NCBI GenBank assembly: GCA_033344915.1
Contig: JAWPML010000001.1
Coordinates: 3,550,263-3,614,262, forward strand
DNA: 64,000 nucleotides
Source: Acidimicrobiales bacterium
GTDB lineage: Bacteria > Actinomycetota > Acidimicrobiia > Acidimicrobiales > Aldehydirespiratoraceae
Direction: 5' to 3'
In this document: positions 63,696 through 64,000 of the stretch, piece after piece
Layout of the letters: each line of letters starts with the position of its first letter
How positions within the stretch are numbered: the first letter of the stretch is position 1
Notes under the pieces: generated by a model
Told to the model about the DNA's origin: nothing
The model's input: only the letters and a program-made list of their open reading frames with translations
Database searches by the model: none
Made by a program: the position numbers and the translations under genes

Positions 63696-64000
63696 TCAGA
63701 AGACCTTGCCGGGGTTGAGGATGCCGTTCGGGTCGAACGCGTCCTTGATCCGTTGCATCAGGGCGAGCTTCGCCGGGTCCTCGAGCTTGCGGACGTAGTC
63801 CCGCTTGGCGATCCCGATCCCGTGCTCGGCCGAGATGGTGCCGCCGAGCTCCATGCCCGCGGCGAGGATCGCCGTCATCAACGCCGACCGTTTCTCCTCG
63901 TCGCCCTGGAAGACGGAGAGGTGGACGTTGCCGTCGCCCGCGTGCCCGGCCCCGGCGACCCACGCCTCGTGCTCGACCGCCAGCGCGCCGACCGTGTCGA
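63696..64000 (-). CDS. FAD-linked oxidase (GlcD / D-lactate dehydrogenase family), C-terminal part; gene continues beyond the window end
   Basis: My own in-frame extension gives ...GHAGDGNVHLSVFQGDEEKRSALMTAILAAGMELGGTISAEHGIGIAKRDY...DPNGILNPGKVF. Confidence 0.75.
   Translation of the reverse strand, partial: DTVGALAVEHEAWVAGAGHAGDGNVHLSVFQGDEEKRSALMTAILAAGMELGGTISAEHGIGIAKRDYVRKLEDPAKLALMQRIKDAFDPNGILNPGKVF

Noticed and set aside
1-64000. Searched for a genomic island, prophage or mobile element, and for rRNA and tRNA genes
   Set aside because: No integrase, transposase, phage structural motifs or tRNA-like cloverleaf candidates were seen in the intergenic gaps, and there is no marked compositional shift. 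The phospho-signalling island appears to be chromosomal rather than recently mobile, although this cannot be settled without genome comparison.

Overview
High-GC (about 70% by eye) actinobacterial-type chromosome segment. It is densely coding on both strands, with many ATGA/GTGA start-stop overlaps. I recognised no rRNA, tRNA, CRISPR array, transposase or integrase. Gene order: an AlaX-like fragment; a histidine-utilisation cluster (hutH plus an IclR regulator, divergent from hutU-def-hutF-hutI); the conserved rpsF-ssb-rpsR-rplI-dnaB block; MscS, EAL and small membrane genes; a crotonase; tandem M1-like peptidase paralogues; an acyl-CoA metabolism cluster; and DsbA-like and MDMPI-like genes. 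At about 25-40.4 kb lies a Ser/Thr phospho-signalling island, which I rate the best candidate for an undescribed system. It holds an AfsR-like SARP-STAND regulator, a five-gene operon, an atypical kinase, a vWA + PP2C pair, a Zn-peptidase lipoprotein and an EmbR-like SARP-FHA regulator. The operon encodes a dual-FHA membrane serine protease, two DxDGDG acidic-repeat proteins and two orphans. Downstream come an arylsulfatase, an LLM oxidoreductase, a YHYH-DUF305 pair, SOD, CBS plus an Rv2004c-like protein, and a GS-like/GATase/Fe-ADH/PhyH operon with LysR. After those: Zn-ADH plus an enolase-superfamily enzyme, YaaA, a 1055-aa orphan bitopic protein, an SDR and a GlcD-like fragment. Several palindromic or structured repeat families sit in intergenic gaps. 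All function calls come from motif recognition by eye on the supplied translations; no database search was run. Many long ORFs in the track are antisense or out-of-frame shadows typical of high-GC DNA and were discarded.
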